A DNA stretch of 64,000 bases. It comes from Candidatus Undinarchaeales archaeon (GTDB taxonomy: Archaea > SpSt-1190 > JASMDC01). The DNA is taken from contig JASMDC010000003.1 of the NCBI GenBank assembly GCA_030753015.1, positions 90,780-154,779 on the forward strand. The letters run 5' to 3'. Both the position numbers and the translations under genes were made by a program. A model generated the notes under the pieces. The model saw only the letters and a program-made list of their open reading frames with translations, did no database searches and was not told the origin of the DNA. Of the stretch, positions 37,542 through 47,346 are shown one piece after another. Each line of letters begins with the position of its first letter. Positions within the stretch are counted from its first letter, which is position 1.

Positions 37542-39053
37542 ATGGAGGGACGAGAGCAAGCGAGCATCAAGCGGCCCGTTTTCCGCGAACTGTCAACGGC
37601 ACCCTCACCCCTACAGGTTTTCGACGCACTCTTCAAGGAGTGGCGTGCTGACGATCCTCCCGCCACGGGGCGCGATGTCCGGCACGAGCCTCCCGCGTTG
37701 CTCTACAGCGGGATGGATCCCAGTGACCTCGGAAGACACTCGTTCATTGCCCTCCACCCCTTCGCCCGTATCGTAACCAAGGGCAGGGAAATCGAGGTGG
37801 CCGACCGATCGGGATCGGAGCGCCCTACAGTGAATCCCTTGGACGCCCTAAGATCATTGCTACGCCGCTATCGTGCTGAGAATGTACCCGAACTCCCGCC
37901 CTTCCAGGGGGGGGCAGTGGGATACATCGCCTATGAGCTCAACCGTTTCATCGAGAAGGTGCCGGTCAATAATCCTGACGATTTACAGGTCCCCGACATC
38001 TATCTCGTGTTGTACGACACCGTTATCGCCTACGACCACGTTTCGGGTCGTGCGTTCGTTGTGTCCACCGGCTTCGTTGATAAGGCCGAGGCCACGGTGC
38101 GTTCGCTGACCGAGCGGCTCGAGGCCATGACGCCGGGAACGCCACCCTGGCGTCCTCCCTTCCCTCCGCCCCAGGAGCCCTCGAATCCTCATGACACTCT
38201 ATTGGCCACCTGTGCGCCCTCGACCGGGGACCCTCACGTCCTCACGACCGAGGATTACGGACGACGTGTCAATATCTGCCAGGAACATCTCTTCGCGGGG
38301 GACATCTACGAGGTCAACTTCACACACCGCATCTCTCGCCCCTATTCCGGTGACGCATGGGAGCTGTTCAAGGAGACGACGCGTATCAATCCCGCGCCCT
38401 TCTCGGCGTTCCTTGACCATGGCGACTTCTGGATCTTGTCCGCCTCACCTGAGCGCTTCTTCCTCAAGAGCGGCAAGCACATGGCCTGTCGGCCCATGAA
38501 GGGGACCAGCATGCGTGGCACCACACCTGAAGAGGACGAGGCTCTGAAGAAGGATCTGGCGGCCTCCATCAAGGACCGGGCCGAGAACCTCATGATTTGC
38601 GATCTCATCCGCAACGACCTGGGCCGTATCTGCAGGATCGGCTCAGTACAGGTACCCGAACTCATGGTGGTCGAGACCTACACCACCGTGCACCAGATGG
38701 TGTCCAATGTCATCGGCGAGCTCGAGGACGATAAGGACATCGCGGACTGCCTGAGAGCGCTCTTCCCTGGCGGTTCCATGACCGGCGCACCCAAGATCAG
38801 CGCAATGTGCATCATCGACGACACTGAGAACGTGGTCCGTGGTATTTACGCCGGTTGCATCGGCTATATCGGGCTCGACGGTGACGCCGACATGAACATC
38901 GTTATACGGACCATCGTCCTGCGGAACGGTCGCGCCTATGTGAACACCGGCGGGGCCATCGTGGCGGACTCCACCGTCAAGGGCGAGCACGAGGAATCAT
39001 TGCTCAAGGCAAAGGCGCTCCTGCAGGCCATGGCGAACCTGGAGGGGGTCTGA
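37542..39053 (+). CDS. pabB: Aminodeoxychorismate synthase component I
   Basis: PFQGGAVGYIAYE, GDIYEVN, NPAPFSA, SASPERF, PMKGT (PabB-type Lys), AENLMICDLIRNDLGR, FPGGSMTGAPK. Confidence 0.85.
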   Translation: MEGREQASIKRPVFRELSTAPSPLQVFDALFKEWRADDPPATGRDVRHEPPALLYSGMDPSDLGRHSFIALHPFARIVTKGREIEVADRSGSERPTVNPLDALRSLLRRYRAENVPELPPFQGGAVGYIAYELNRFIEKVPVNNPDDLQVPDIYLVLYDTVIAYDHVSGRAFVVSTGFVDKAEATVRSLTERLEAMTPGTPPWRPPFPPPQEPSNPHDTLLATCAPSTGDPHVLTTEDYGRRVNICQEHLFAGDIYEVNFTHRISRPYSGDAWELFKETTRINPAPFSAFLDHGDFWILSASPERFFLKSGKHMACRPMKGTSMRGTTPEEDEALKKDLAASIKDRAENLMICDLIRNDLGRICRIGSVQVPELMVVETYTTVHQMVSNVIGELEDDKDIADCLRALFPGGSMTGAPKISAMCIIDDTENVVRGIYAGCIGYIGLDGDADMNIVIRTIVLRNGRAYVNTGGAIVADSTVKGEHEESLLKAKALLQAMANLEGV

Positions 39054-39655
39054 TGTACCTTCTGCTGGACAACTATGACTCTTTCACGTACAACCTCTAT
39101 CAGTGGATGGTTGAGGAGGGGGCCGCTCCGATGGTCGTGCGCAGAAACGATCAGATAACCGTGAATGAGGTGGACAGGTGGGTGCAGGAGGGGACGCTCA
39201 CCGCTCTGGTGGTCTCTCCCGGGCCTAGCACCCCTGACGATGCTGGTATCTCCAAGGCCCTTATCGCTCGGCTCCACGGGCGTGTCCCGATCCTAGGTGT
39301 GTGCATGGGCCACCAGTGCATCACCGAGGTGTTCGGTGGACGGGTGGTGCGTGCTCGCAAACCCATGCATGGAAAGGTCGTCCCCATCCACCATGATGGC
39401 AAGGGTGTGTTCCGCGGGCTTCCTGATCCCTTCGACGCCACCCGGTACCATTCACTCGTGGCCGAACCATCATCCCTTCCCGCTTGCTTAGAGGTGACGG
39501 CCCACGCCGAGGATGACGATATAATGGGATTGCGTCACCGAGAAGGTCTGACGGTCGGAGTACAGTTCCATCCCGAGTCCATCATGACCAAGGAAGGAAA
39601 GCACCTGCTACGTAACTTCATAGAACTGGCCGAGGCCTACTGGGCCGAACGATGA
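39053..39655 (+). CDS. pabA: Glutamine amidotransferase component II (PabA/TrpG)
   Basis: DNYDSFTYNL, SPGP, LGVCMGHQ, RYHSL, QFHPES. Confidence 0.9.
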   Translation: MYLLLDNYDSFTYNLYQWMVEEGAAPMVVRRNDQITVNEVDRWVQEGTLTALVVSPGPSTPDDAGISKALIARLHGRVPILGVCMGHQCITEVFGGRVVRARKPMHGKVVPIHHDGKGVFRGLPDPFDATRYHSLVAEPSSLPACLEVTAHAEDDDIMGLRHREGLTVGVQFHPESIMTKEGKHLLRNFIELAEAYWAER

Positions 39656-39664
39656 AACGCTGCC

Positions 39665-40177
39665 CTACTTCTTCTCGGGCGCAGGGCCCGGCTTTCCGGC
39701 CCGTACCTTCCCGACACCGGTCTTGATGGTCTCCTCTCGGAATCCGGCGGCTCTCAGCTGCTTTACGAGGACATCGAGCTCGGTCTTGGGATTGGATCGG
39801 ATGAAGCCGACGACCGCCGGTAGGTTGGGGTCTTCGGGCTCCACGCCCTCGGCCTCCACAGCGACAGGAGCTGAACCCTTACCGGCCGCCGCGTTGGCGA
39901 TCTCAGCGAGCTTCTCAAGGAATCGCGCCTGCATGTAGTCCATCCGGAAGAACAGGAAGGAGAAACCCAGTGCCACGGACGCGAGGATGCACAGGAAGAA
40001 GATGAAAAGGATCACGAGAGTATTCAGAAGCACATTGGCTATTACGTCGAAGGGCTCGCCCGGCTCGACGGTCATGAACATGCTCGAGATGGCAAGTGCC
40101 ATAACGATTATGAGCGCCACAGCGATGCTGTAGAGCAGGGACATCTTGATTTTCTCTTCAATCATGACTAACGCCAC
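39665..40177 (-). CDS. Hypothetical membrane protein (2 TM)
   Basis: Two long hydrophobic segments and a small helical C-terminal domain. Confidence 0.7.
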   Translation of the reverse strand: MALVMIEEKIKMSLLYSIAVALIIVMALAISSMFMTVEPGEPFDVIANVLLNTLVILFIFFLCILASVALGFSFLFFRMDYMQARFLEKLAEIANAAAGKGSAPVAVEAEGVEPEDPNLPAVVGFIRSNPKTELDVLVKQLRAAGFREETIKTGVGKVRAGKPGPAPEKK

Positions 40178-40268
40178 CTATCAGCTGATAGGGGATACCG
40201 GGGCATGTTTTAAAAAGATAGCCTCAGGGCCCGGCCGGTTAGATAGGCCGACCGGCCTCTATGTCGGA

Positions 40269-41195
40269 TTATCGTCCCATGAGGAGGGCCATGACGGCCT
40301 TCTGGACGTGGAGGCGGTTCTCTGCCTGGTCCACGACCACCGAAATAGGGGAGTCCATCACCTCGCTGGTGAGCTCCTCCTCCCGGTGGGCGGGAAGACA
40401 GTGCATCACGATCGCGCCCTTCTTGGCCTTTGCCACTAGAGCGGCGTTGACCTGATAGGGGGCGAAGGCCTTCAGGCGCTTGGCACGTTCCTCGTCCTTG
40501 CCCATGCTCACCCACACATCGGTGTAGATGGCATCAGCGCCGGCCACCGCTTCGTCAGGATCATTGGTGATGGTCACGTTCACAGCCTCGCTGGCGCGAG
40601 ATACGAACTCATTGCGCGGTTCGAACCCCTTGGGGCATCCAACGGCGATGTCGACACCCAGTTTCGTGCAGGCGTTGAGGAGGGAGTGGGTGACGTTGTT
40701 GTCGCCGTCCCCCACGAAGACCAGCTTCTTCCCATCCAACGACCCGAGCTTCTCCCACATTGTGAAGAGGTCGGTAAGCCCCTGGCAGGGGTGGAGGAGG
40801 TCGGACAGCCCGTTGATCACGGGCACGCGGGACGCCTCGGCAAGCTGGATGATATGCTCGTGAGCGAACACACGTGCCATGATGCCGTCTAGGTAACGGG
40901 ACACGACACGTGCGAAGTCGGGCACGGTCTCCCCGCGGCCCAGCTGGACATCGTTCCACCCCAGATAGATGGCGTGGCCGCCGAGCTGGGTCATACCCAC
41001 TTCGAAAGAGATCCTCGTCCTTGTGGAGGGTTTCTGGAAAAGCATGCCTAGTGTCTGGCCCTCCAGGAAATGATGCCGCTTCCCGGCGAAGGTCTCGAGC
41101 TTGATGTTCTCCGCAAGTCGGAATATCTTCCATACCTGTTCGGTTGTCAGGTCCTCGATGGATGTCAGGTCCTTGATGCCCAGTTTGCTGCTCAT
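40269..41195 (-). CDS. argF: Ornithine carbamoyltransferase
   Basis: PSTRTRISFE, HPCQ, YTDVWVSMG, MHCLP, QAENR. May be catabolic (arcB role) given the neighbour. Confidence 0.95.
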   Translation of the reverse strand: MSSKLGIKDLTSIEDLTTEQVWKIFRLAENIKLETFAGKRHHFLEGQTLGMLFQKPSTRTRISFEVGMTQLGGHAIYLGWNDVQLGRGETVPDFARVVSRYLDGIMARVFAHEHIIQLAEASRVPVINGLSDLLHPCQGLTDLFTMWEKLGSLDGKKLVFVGDGDNNVTHSLLNACTKLGVDIAVGCPKGFEPRNEFVSRASEAVNVTITNDPDEAVAGADAIYTDVWVSMGKDEERAKRLKAFAPYQVNAALVAKAKKGAIVMHCLPAHREEELTSEVMDSPISVVVDQAENRLHVQKAVMALLMGR

Positions 41196-41212
41196 CGTCG
41201 TTCACCTCCGGC

Positions 41213-42073
41213 TCAGTCGCACCAGGCAGTGGGCAGGCACATGCACCGAGGTCCACCGCCGCCCTTTACCAGCTCGCTCCCCTCGATCTCAAGCACCTCG
41301 ATGTCGTGGGCGCGCAAGCACGCGTTGGTCTCGGGATTGATGTCGTAGGCCACGACCTTGCCCCTATCGAGCCGTAGGACGTTGGTACCTTTGGTGCGCT
41401 GTTCGCCCAGGGAGACCGGTATCCATGTGTCGATCGTGTCCAGTTCCTCAAGGATCTCGGTGGAGAACACCGGAGGGAAGAAGAGGGCCATCCCCTTGTC
41501 AAGGATGGTGACAACCATGTTGAGGTGGAGATAGTACTTCTTTGGAACGAGAGGGACCGGAATGAGGGTGATATCGCGTTCCCTGCACAGGGTGCGCAGC
41601 TGGCGGTAACCCTCGATGTTCGTCCGCGGTCCTATTCCCAAAAGAGCCGTATCATGGTCTAGGAATGTGAAGTCGTTCCCCTCAAAGGTGGCGGGGGACG
41701 AGAGCTTGATGGTCCTGAGCCCGAGGTTATTGAAGACGTTCTCGGCGACGAGGCTCTCGGGCTGGCGCACAGGATGCTGGAATGATGATACCACGAACAC
41801 ATCGCCCAGGGAGGTTCCAAGGTCATTGGTGAAATACAGATTTGGATCGCGCAGGAGATGGCCGGGGCCATTGTACTTGTCCCTCACCTGGTGCACGGAA
41901 ACACCCTCGGACGCGAGGAGTTCTATGAAGGCACGATGCTGTTGTCGCAGTTGGTCGGGATCGGGCACGTCGGTGAAGTACAGTTCCTTCCGGTTGTCGG
42001 GGGTCACATCCCCCGCTTCATCACCAGGAGTGTGAACGAGAACGTCGGCGATACGTCGGAGCTTGGAAGGCAT
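41213..42073 (-). CDS. Arginine deiminase/amidinotransferase family protein
   Basis: VLVHTPG, PNLYFTND, FEGND, GPRTN, LHL, SELVKGGGGPRCM. Confidence 0.85.
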   Translation of the reverse strand: MPSKLRRIADVLVHTPGDEAGDVTPDNRKELYFTDVPDPDQLRQQHRAFIELLASEGVSVHQVRDKYNGPGHLLRDPNLYFTNDLGTSLGDVFVVSSFQHPVRQPESLVAENVFNNLGLRTIKLSSPATFEGNDFTFLDHDTALLGIGPRTNIEGYRQLRTLCRERDITLIPVPLVPKKYYLHLNMVVTILDKGMALFFPPVFSTEILEELDTIDTWIPVSLGEQRTKGTNVLRLDRGKVVAYDINPETNACLRAHDIEVLEIEGSELVKGGGGPRCMCLPTAWCD

Positions 42074-42126
42074 GGCTCGCTCCGAGGACGCCAACACTTA
42101 AAACTGTATTATCCAGATGGAGCACC

Positions 42127-43767
42127 ATGGTGTTCTGGGCTGACCAGGTCGCCGACGAGATAATCTCGCGTGACGCCTTCAAATACATCGAGCGGCCCTT
42201 CTCTACACAGCGACACGAAGTGGAGACAGGGACCTCCATTTCCGGAGTGCCCCACATCGGGAACGCCTCTGATATCATCCGGGGTGAGGCAATCCGGCGT
42301 GCCTTGGCCGAGAAAGGGGTAGATGTCACCCTCTCATGGGTGGCTGACGATATGGACCCCTTCCGCAAGGTGCCGTCCAACCTGCCACCCTCGTTTAAAG
42401 AGTTCATCGGCATGCCCGTCTGCTCTCTGCCCGATCCGTTCGGCTGCTGCGACGGTTACGTTGACCATTACGTTGACCTATTCATCACCAGCCTCGAGCG
42501 GTTCGGTGTACGCCCCGTCGTCCGCTCCGGACGGTCGCTGTACACGACAGGTCAGCTGGCGCTATTCGTGCGCCAGGCTCTGGAGAAGCGCGATCTCGTT
42601 CGGGAGATCCTTGACAAGTACCGTAAGGTGCCCCTCTCTGAGGACTGGATCCCCTACTCACCGATATGTGCCAGTTGCGGAAAGATCGCCACGACACGTG
42701 CGGTGTCCGTTGAGGGCGACAAGGTCGCCTATGTCTGCGAGGACACCGATGTGGCCGAGGGCACTACCGAGGTTGAGGGATGCGGCCATGAGGGAACGGC
42801 CGACATCACGAAGGGGGATGGAAAGCTTCCCTGGAAGCCTGAATGGGCCGCCCGCTGGGCGCTCTTCGGAGTGACCTGTGAGCCCTTCGGCAAGGAGCAC
42901 GCCACCATCCCTGGAGGGTCCTTCTGGGTGAACGGCGAACTCTGCGAACGCGTGTTCGAGTGGCCTGAACCGTATCCGGTGATATACGAGTTCGTGCTAG
43001 CTGCGGGCGGTCAGAAGATGTCCTCCTCGAAGGGGAATACCGTGTCCACATGGGAGTGGCCGGAGATCGCCCCGCCCGAGGTCCTCAAGCTCTTCTTCTA
43101 CAAGAAGCTTCAGAAGCAGCGGGAGTTCAACATCACTGAGATCCCCCGTCAGGTGGACGACCTCGACCAGCTAGAGCGCGTGTTCTTCGGGCTAGAGGAA
43201 GAGGAGAACGAGAAGAAGCTCGAACACCTCCGCCGTCTTTACACGATGTGCCAGGTCGACAGCGTCACTGAGACTTACACAGACCCCATCCCCTTCAGGT
43301 TCGCGGCCATAATAGCTCAGATCGTCCCGGATGACCAGAAGGAACAGCGGGCCCTCGACCTACTACACAGGACCGGTCACCTGTCCAAGGAGCTCACCGA
43401 TGATGACCGTGCACGGGTGCGCGAGCGACTGGAGCAGGCCGGTAACTGGGTGGAGCGACACGCACCCCCGGGATTGCGCATTGTCATCACCGAATCCGTG
43501 AGCGACGATATCAAGTCGATGCTCACTCCCGAACAGCGGGCGGCACTTCAGGACATCGCCGCTGCATTGGGCGACGAGGGGATATCGGAGGAAGCCTTGA
43601 ACAAGGCAATCTTCGATGCTGCGCGAGCTCATGGCCTCTCCAACAAGCAGTTGTTCGCTGCCAGTTACCGCGTGCTCCTTGGGAAGAAGTTCGGCCCTCG
43701 CCTGGCCCCATTCCTCTTAACAATTGACCGTGACTTCGCTCGCCAACGTTTAGGCGAGCTGGCCTAG
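42127..43767 (+). CDS. lysS: Lysyl-tRNA synthetase, class I
   Basis: WAD, SGVPHIGN, DDMDPFRKVP, GKLPWKPEW, EPFGKEH, KMSSSKGN, GPRL. Confidence 0.96.
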   Translation: MVFWADQVADEIISRDAFKYIERPFSTQRHEVETGTSISGVPHIGNASDIIRGEAIRRALAEKGVDVTLSWVADDMDPFRKVPSNLPPSFKEFIGMPVCSLPDPFGCCDGYVDHYVDLFITSLERFGVRPVVRSGRSLYTTGQLALFVRQALEKRDLVREILDKYRKVPLSEDWIPYSPICASCGKIATTRAVSVEGDKVAYVCEDTDVAEGTTEVEGCGHEGTADITKGDGKLPWKPEWAARWALFGVTCEPFGKEHATIPGGSFWVNGELCERVFEWPEPYPVIYEFVLAAGGQKMSSSKGNTVSTWEWPEIAPPEVLKLFFYKKLQKQREFNITEIPRQVDDLDQLERVFFGLEEEENEKKLEHLRRLYTMCQVDSVTETYTDPIPFRFAAIIAQIVPDDQKEQRALDLLHRTGHLSKELTDDDRARVRERLEQAGNWVERHAPPGLRIVITESVSDDIKSMLTPEQRAALQDIAAALGDEGISEEALNKAIFDAARAHGLSNKQLFAASYRVLLGKKFGPRLAPFLLTIDRDFARQRLGELA

Positions 43768-43776
43768 GTGATATAG

Positions 43777-44694
43777 ATGACATATCGCCCTGCCCTTACA
43801 CTCGTCGTCCTCGTGCTCGTCCTCATGGGGCCGGCCGTCGCTCGCGAGTGCGACTACATCGGTACGGTGGTGGCGGTCAACGACGATGGTATGCTCGTAG
43901 AGGTGTCGACCTTCCGCGATCCTCCCACGGGCCGAGTATCAAACGAACTACGTAACATCACATGGACGGCCCTCCCCGGCAGCATGGGCGGAGCTGTGGT
44001 GGTAGGGCTCCATGCGGAGTTCGCGGCGGACTGTGACGCCTGGGATGACGGTGCAGTCCGGGATGATGCTGCGATAGTGCTCTACCCGGACAACCTCACC
44101 CGAGAGCCAATCTATGCCTACAACCGTCTCCCTAACGTGAAGGGGATCACAATCACGCTCGGTGAGGGCGAACCGTTGGGCAAGTGCCCTGGCTGCTGCT
44201 GTTCAGGAGAATACCCTGTAAGCCTGACACGGAACGGGACGGCCGTTACCGAGAAGCTCATGCGTACGGGACAGTCACTATGCGTACAGGGCTTTAAGGT
44301 CCGTATGCTCGAGGCGACCGTGTACGGTGAGGACGCCACGTCACGCTGCTTGTGCAGGGCACGGACCGAGCTGCTCACCGGAGAGGTGTCCCCGGACACC
44401 TGTGCCATCGAAGACATGCTCGTTGAGGTGAAGGCCATCACCACCCGTCTCGGCGATCCCATGGTGGGGAACGCCATGGCACGGCGGCGCCAGATCGCCA
44501 TTGAACAGATGACACGAGGTGACCTGGCCGCAGCCCGTGGAACTGCCGAGTACGCGCTCGCCCAGGCACGGCGGCTTGATACCAAAACCCGGACCATCAA
44601 CGTTACCGCGACCATCATCGCTACCGTGGGGTTGGTGGCCATCGCGTACTTTTGGATGAACCGAGAGAGAAAGGAGAAGGTCGATATCTTCTGA
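43777..44694 (+). CDS. Secreted/membrane-anchored hypothetical protein
   Basis: Signal peptide, several Cys, C-terminal TM followed by a basic tail. Confidence 0.7.
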   Translation: MTYRPALTLVVLVLVLMGPAVARECDYIGTVVAVNDDGMLVEVSTFRDPPTGRVSNELRNITWTALPGSMGGAVVVGLHAEFAADCDAWDDGAVRDDAAIVLYPDNLTREPIYAYNRLPNVKGITITLGEGEPLGKCPGCCCSGEYPVSLTRNGTAVTEKLMRTGQSLCVQGFKVRMLEATVYGEDATSRCLCRARTELLTGEVSPDTCAIEDMLVEVKAITTRLGDPMVGNAMARRRQIAIEQMTRGDLAAARGTAEYALAQARRLDTKTRTINVTATIIATVGLVAIAYFWMNRERKEKVDIF

Positions 44695-44773
44695 AGCTCG
44701 GCCCGGCCGGGGAAGGACATTTAAATCTTGTTCCTGCCGCTGGCAATAAGAACGCTTCAGTGAGGTTGATTAA

Positions 44774-45937
44774 ATGAAGAAGAAAGGTACTTTCCTGTTC
44801 ACCTCCGAGGCCATGACAGAGGGCCATCCGGACAAGGTGTGCGACCAGATCTCCGACGGGATGCTCGATTCGATTCTGCGCCAGGACCCCCTGGCACGCG
44901 TGGCCTGTGAAACCATGGCCGGGATGGGTTTTATCATCGTCACCGGTGAGATTACCACAACCGCTTACGTGGACGTCCAGTCCCTTGTGCGCAAGGTGCT
45001 CAAGGAGATCGGTTACAGTAAGCCCGAGTATGGCTTCGACTACGGCTCAGTTGGTGTCCTAACATCCATCCATGAGCAGAGCGGCGATATCGCCATGGGC
45101 GTGAACGAGGGCACGAAGAAGGCGGTCGGCGCCGGCGACCAGGGGATGATGTGCGGATACGCCTCCAACGACACTCCTAGCCTCATGCCCATGCCCATCG
45201 ACATGGCCCACCAGCTGGCCCTAAAGCTCGCCGACGTCCGCAAGGATGGCAGTCTCTATTACCTCCGACCTGACGGCAAGACACAGGTCACGATCGAGTA
45301 CAAGGACGGCAAGCCCGTTCGCGTACACACGGTGGTCATCGCTGCCCAGCACGATCCTGACGTTACACTTGACAAGCTGCGAAAGGACATTGAGGAGATG
45401 GTCGTCAAGCCCGTATGTGGTAAGATGATGGACAAGAACACCAAGGTCTTCATTAACAACACTGGCCGCTTCGTACTCGGTGGACCTGTGGCGGACTCGG
45501 GATGCACCGGGCGTAAGATCATCGTGGACACCTACGGTGGCATGGGCTCCCACGGGGGCGGCGCCTTCTCTGGTAAGGACCCTACCAAGGTGGACCGGAC
45601 CGCCGCTTACATGGCCCGCTACATCGCCAAGAACATCGTGGCCGCCGGCCTCGCCGAAGAGTGCGAGATCCAGCTCGCGTACGTCATCGGTGGAGTGGGA
45701 CCTCTGTCCGTGTACGTGGACACTCGCGGTACCGGAAAGATACCCGACGACAAGCTCGTGACGCTTGTGGATAAACACTTCCCCATGGAACCGGGCGCCA
45801 TGATCAAGTACTTGGACCTGCGCCGGCCCATCTTCCGCAAGACCGCTTGCTATGGCCACTTCGGTCGCGACGACCCGGACTTCACCTGGGAGCGCACCGA
45901 CAAGGCCGCAGATCTAAAGAAGGATGCTGGCCTCTAA
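44774..45937 (+). CDS. metK: S-adenosylmethionine synthetase, bacterial/eukaryotic type
   Basis: [52 protein letters not shown]. Confidence 0.97.
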   Translation: MKKKGTFLFTSEAMTEGHPDKVCDQISDGMLDSILRQDPLARVACETMAGMGFIIVTGEITTTAYVDVQSLVRKVLKEIGYSKPEYGFDYGSVGVLTSIHEQSGDIAMGVNEGTKKAVGAGDQGMMCGYASNDTPSLMPMPIDMAHQLALKLADVRKDGSLYYLRPDGKTQVTIEYKDGKPVRVHTVVIAAQHDPDVTLDKLRKDIEEMVVKPVCGKMMDKNTKVFINNTGRFVLGGPVADSGCTGRKIIVDTYGGMGSHGGGAFSGKDPTKVDRTAAYMARYIAKNIVAAGLAEECEIQLAYVIGGVGPLSVYVDTRGTGKIPDDKLVTLVDKHFPMEPGAMIKYLDLRRPIFRKTACYGHFGRDDPDFTWERTDKAADLKKDAGL

Positions 45938-45965
45938 GGGAGGCCTCGACCGCGTGACCGGGGCT

Positions 45966-47270
45966 ATGGTGTACGACCTGGCCCCGGCACGTGATCTTCT
46001 TCTGGACCTACTTGGACGTGCCCTCAAAGAAGCGGACCCCGCAGCAGCTGTACGCGCGTCCCTTAAGCTCGATGACAATGTCCTTGAGGCCGTCGGGGAG
46101 CATATCCCGCTCGAAACCGACGGGAACGTGTTCGTTATCGCTTTCGGTAAAGCGGCTCCTGCCATGGCGGAAGCTGCTGATGAAATCCTGGGTGATAGGC
46201 TCGCCGGGGGTGTGGTAATAGCGCCGCCCGGTCTTTCTCTGACATCCGATCGACTTGAGTTCATTGTAGGCGGCCACCCCGTGCCCGACCAGGGTAGCGT
46301 CCAAGGGGCTAAGACCGCCATCGCTGTTGCCGAAGCGGCCTGCGAAGGAGATATAGTACTTGTCCTTGTCTCCGGCGGCGGTTCTGCGCTCCTCGCTGCA
46401 CCGGCCGGTATTTCATTGGCAGAGATGCGAACGCTCACACAAGCGCTCCTGGTGAGTGGGGCACCCATATCAGATCTGAACGCGGTACGCAAACATCTCT
46501 CACGGGTGAAAGGTGGGCGGCTAGCAGTTGCCTGCCATCCTGCCCGGACCGTGGCCCTCCTGGTTTCCGACGTGGTGGGGGACGATATGTCGGTCATCGC
46601 GTCCGGTCCCACGGTACCCGATCCGACCACCTGCGCAGACGCCAAGGCGGCACTAATGCGGGCTGATATCAATGCATCATCCACGGTCAAAGATGCATTG
46701 AAGGTCAACGAATCACCCAAGCCTGGGGATCCGCGCTTTGCGAACGTCACCACCCGCCTCATTTTGGGTAATGAGGGGGCTCTGAAAGCGTGCTGTCAAC
46801 TCGCACGAGAAATGGGTGTGAATTCAATCCTAATCTCTGGCGAGCTCGAGGGGGAGAGCCGGGACGTGGGTCGAGCACATGCGGCCCTTGCCCGCTCGGT
46901 GCTCGATGTAGGTGTGCCTGTGGAGCGGCCCGCCCTCCTTGTGTCCGGAGGTGAGACCACGGTGACCGTTCGCGGCGGCGGGAACGGCGGCCCTAACCAG
47001 GAGTTCGCACTTGCCTGTGTGCGACCCTTGGATACTCTTCCCGTTGTCGCACTGGCAGTGGACTCCGATGGCCATGACGGTCCGACCGACGCTGCAGGGG
47101 CGGTAGTGGACGGGACATCCCTCCACCGCGCTCAGGCAGTAGGGCTCGATCCCGATTCTTTTCTTGAGCGGAACAATGCCTATGCATTCTTCGAACAAAT
47201 AGGGGATCTTATACGCATGGGACGAACCGGAACTAACGTAAATGATGTACGGCTTTGTTACATTCCTTGA
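45966..47270 (+). CDS. Glycerate 2-kinase (class II, MOFRL family)
   Basis: FGKAA, GHPVPD, SGGGSAL, RKHLSRVKGG, SDVVGD, SGGETTV, GGPNQE, DGHDG, TGTNVND. Confidence 0.92.
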   Translation: MVYDLAPARDLLLDLLGRALKEADPAAAVRASLKLDDNVLEAVGEHIPLETDGNVFVIAFGKAAPAMAEAADEILGDRLAGGVVIAPPGLSLTSDRLEFIVGGHPVPDQGSVQGAKTAIAVAEAACEGDIVLVLVSGGGSALLAAPAGISLAEMRTLTQALLVSGAPISDLNAVRKHLSRVKGGRLAVACHPARTVALLVSDVVGDDMSVIASGPTVPDPTTCADAKAALMRADINASSTVKDALKVNESPKPGDPRFANVTTRLILGNEGALKACCQLAREMGVNSILISGELEGESRDVGRAHAALARSVLDVGVPVERPALLVSGGETTVTVRGGGNGGPNQEFALACVRPLDTLPVVALAVDSDGHDGPTDAAGAVVDGTSLHRAQAVGLDPDSFLERNNAYAFFEQIGDLIRMGRTGTNVNDVRLCYIP

Positions 47271-47346
47271 GCATGCTATTCGACCTCGTCCGGGCGAAGG
47301 TTGCCACGAAGCGCAAAAGGAAGACTGCATGAGTCGCAATATATTC

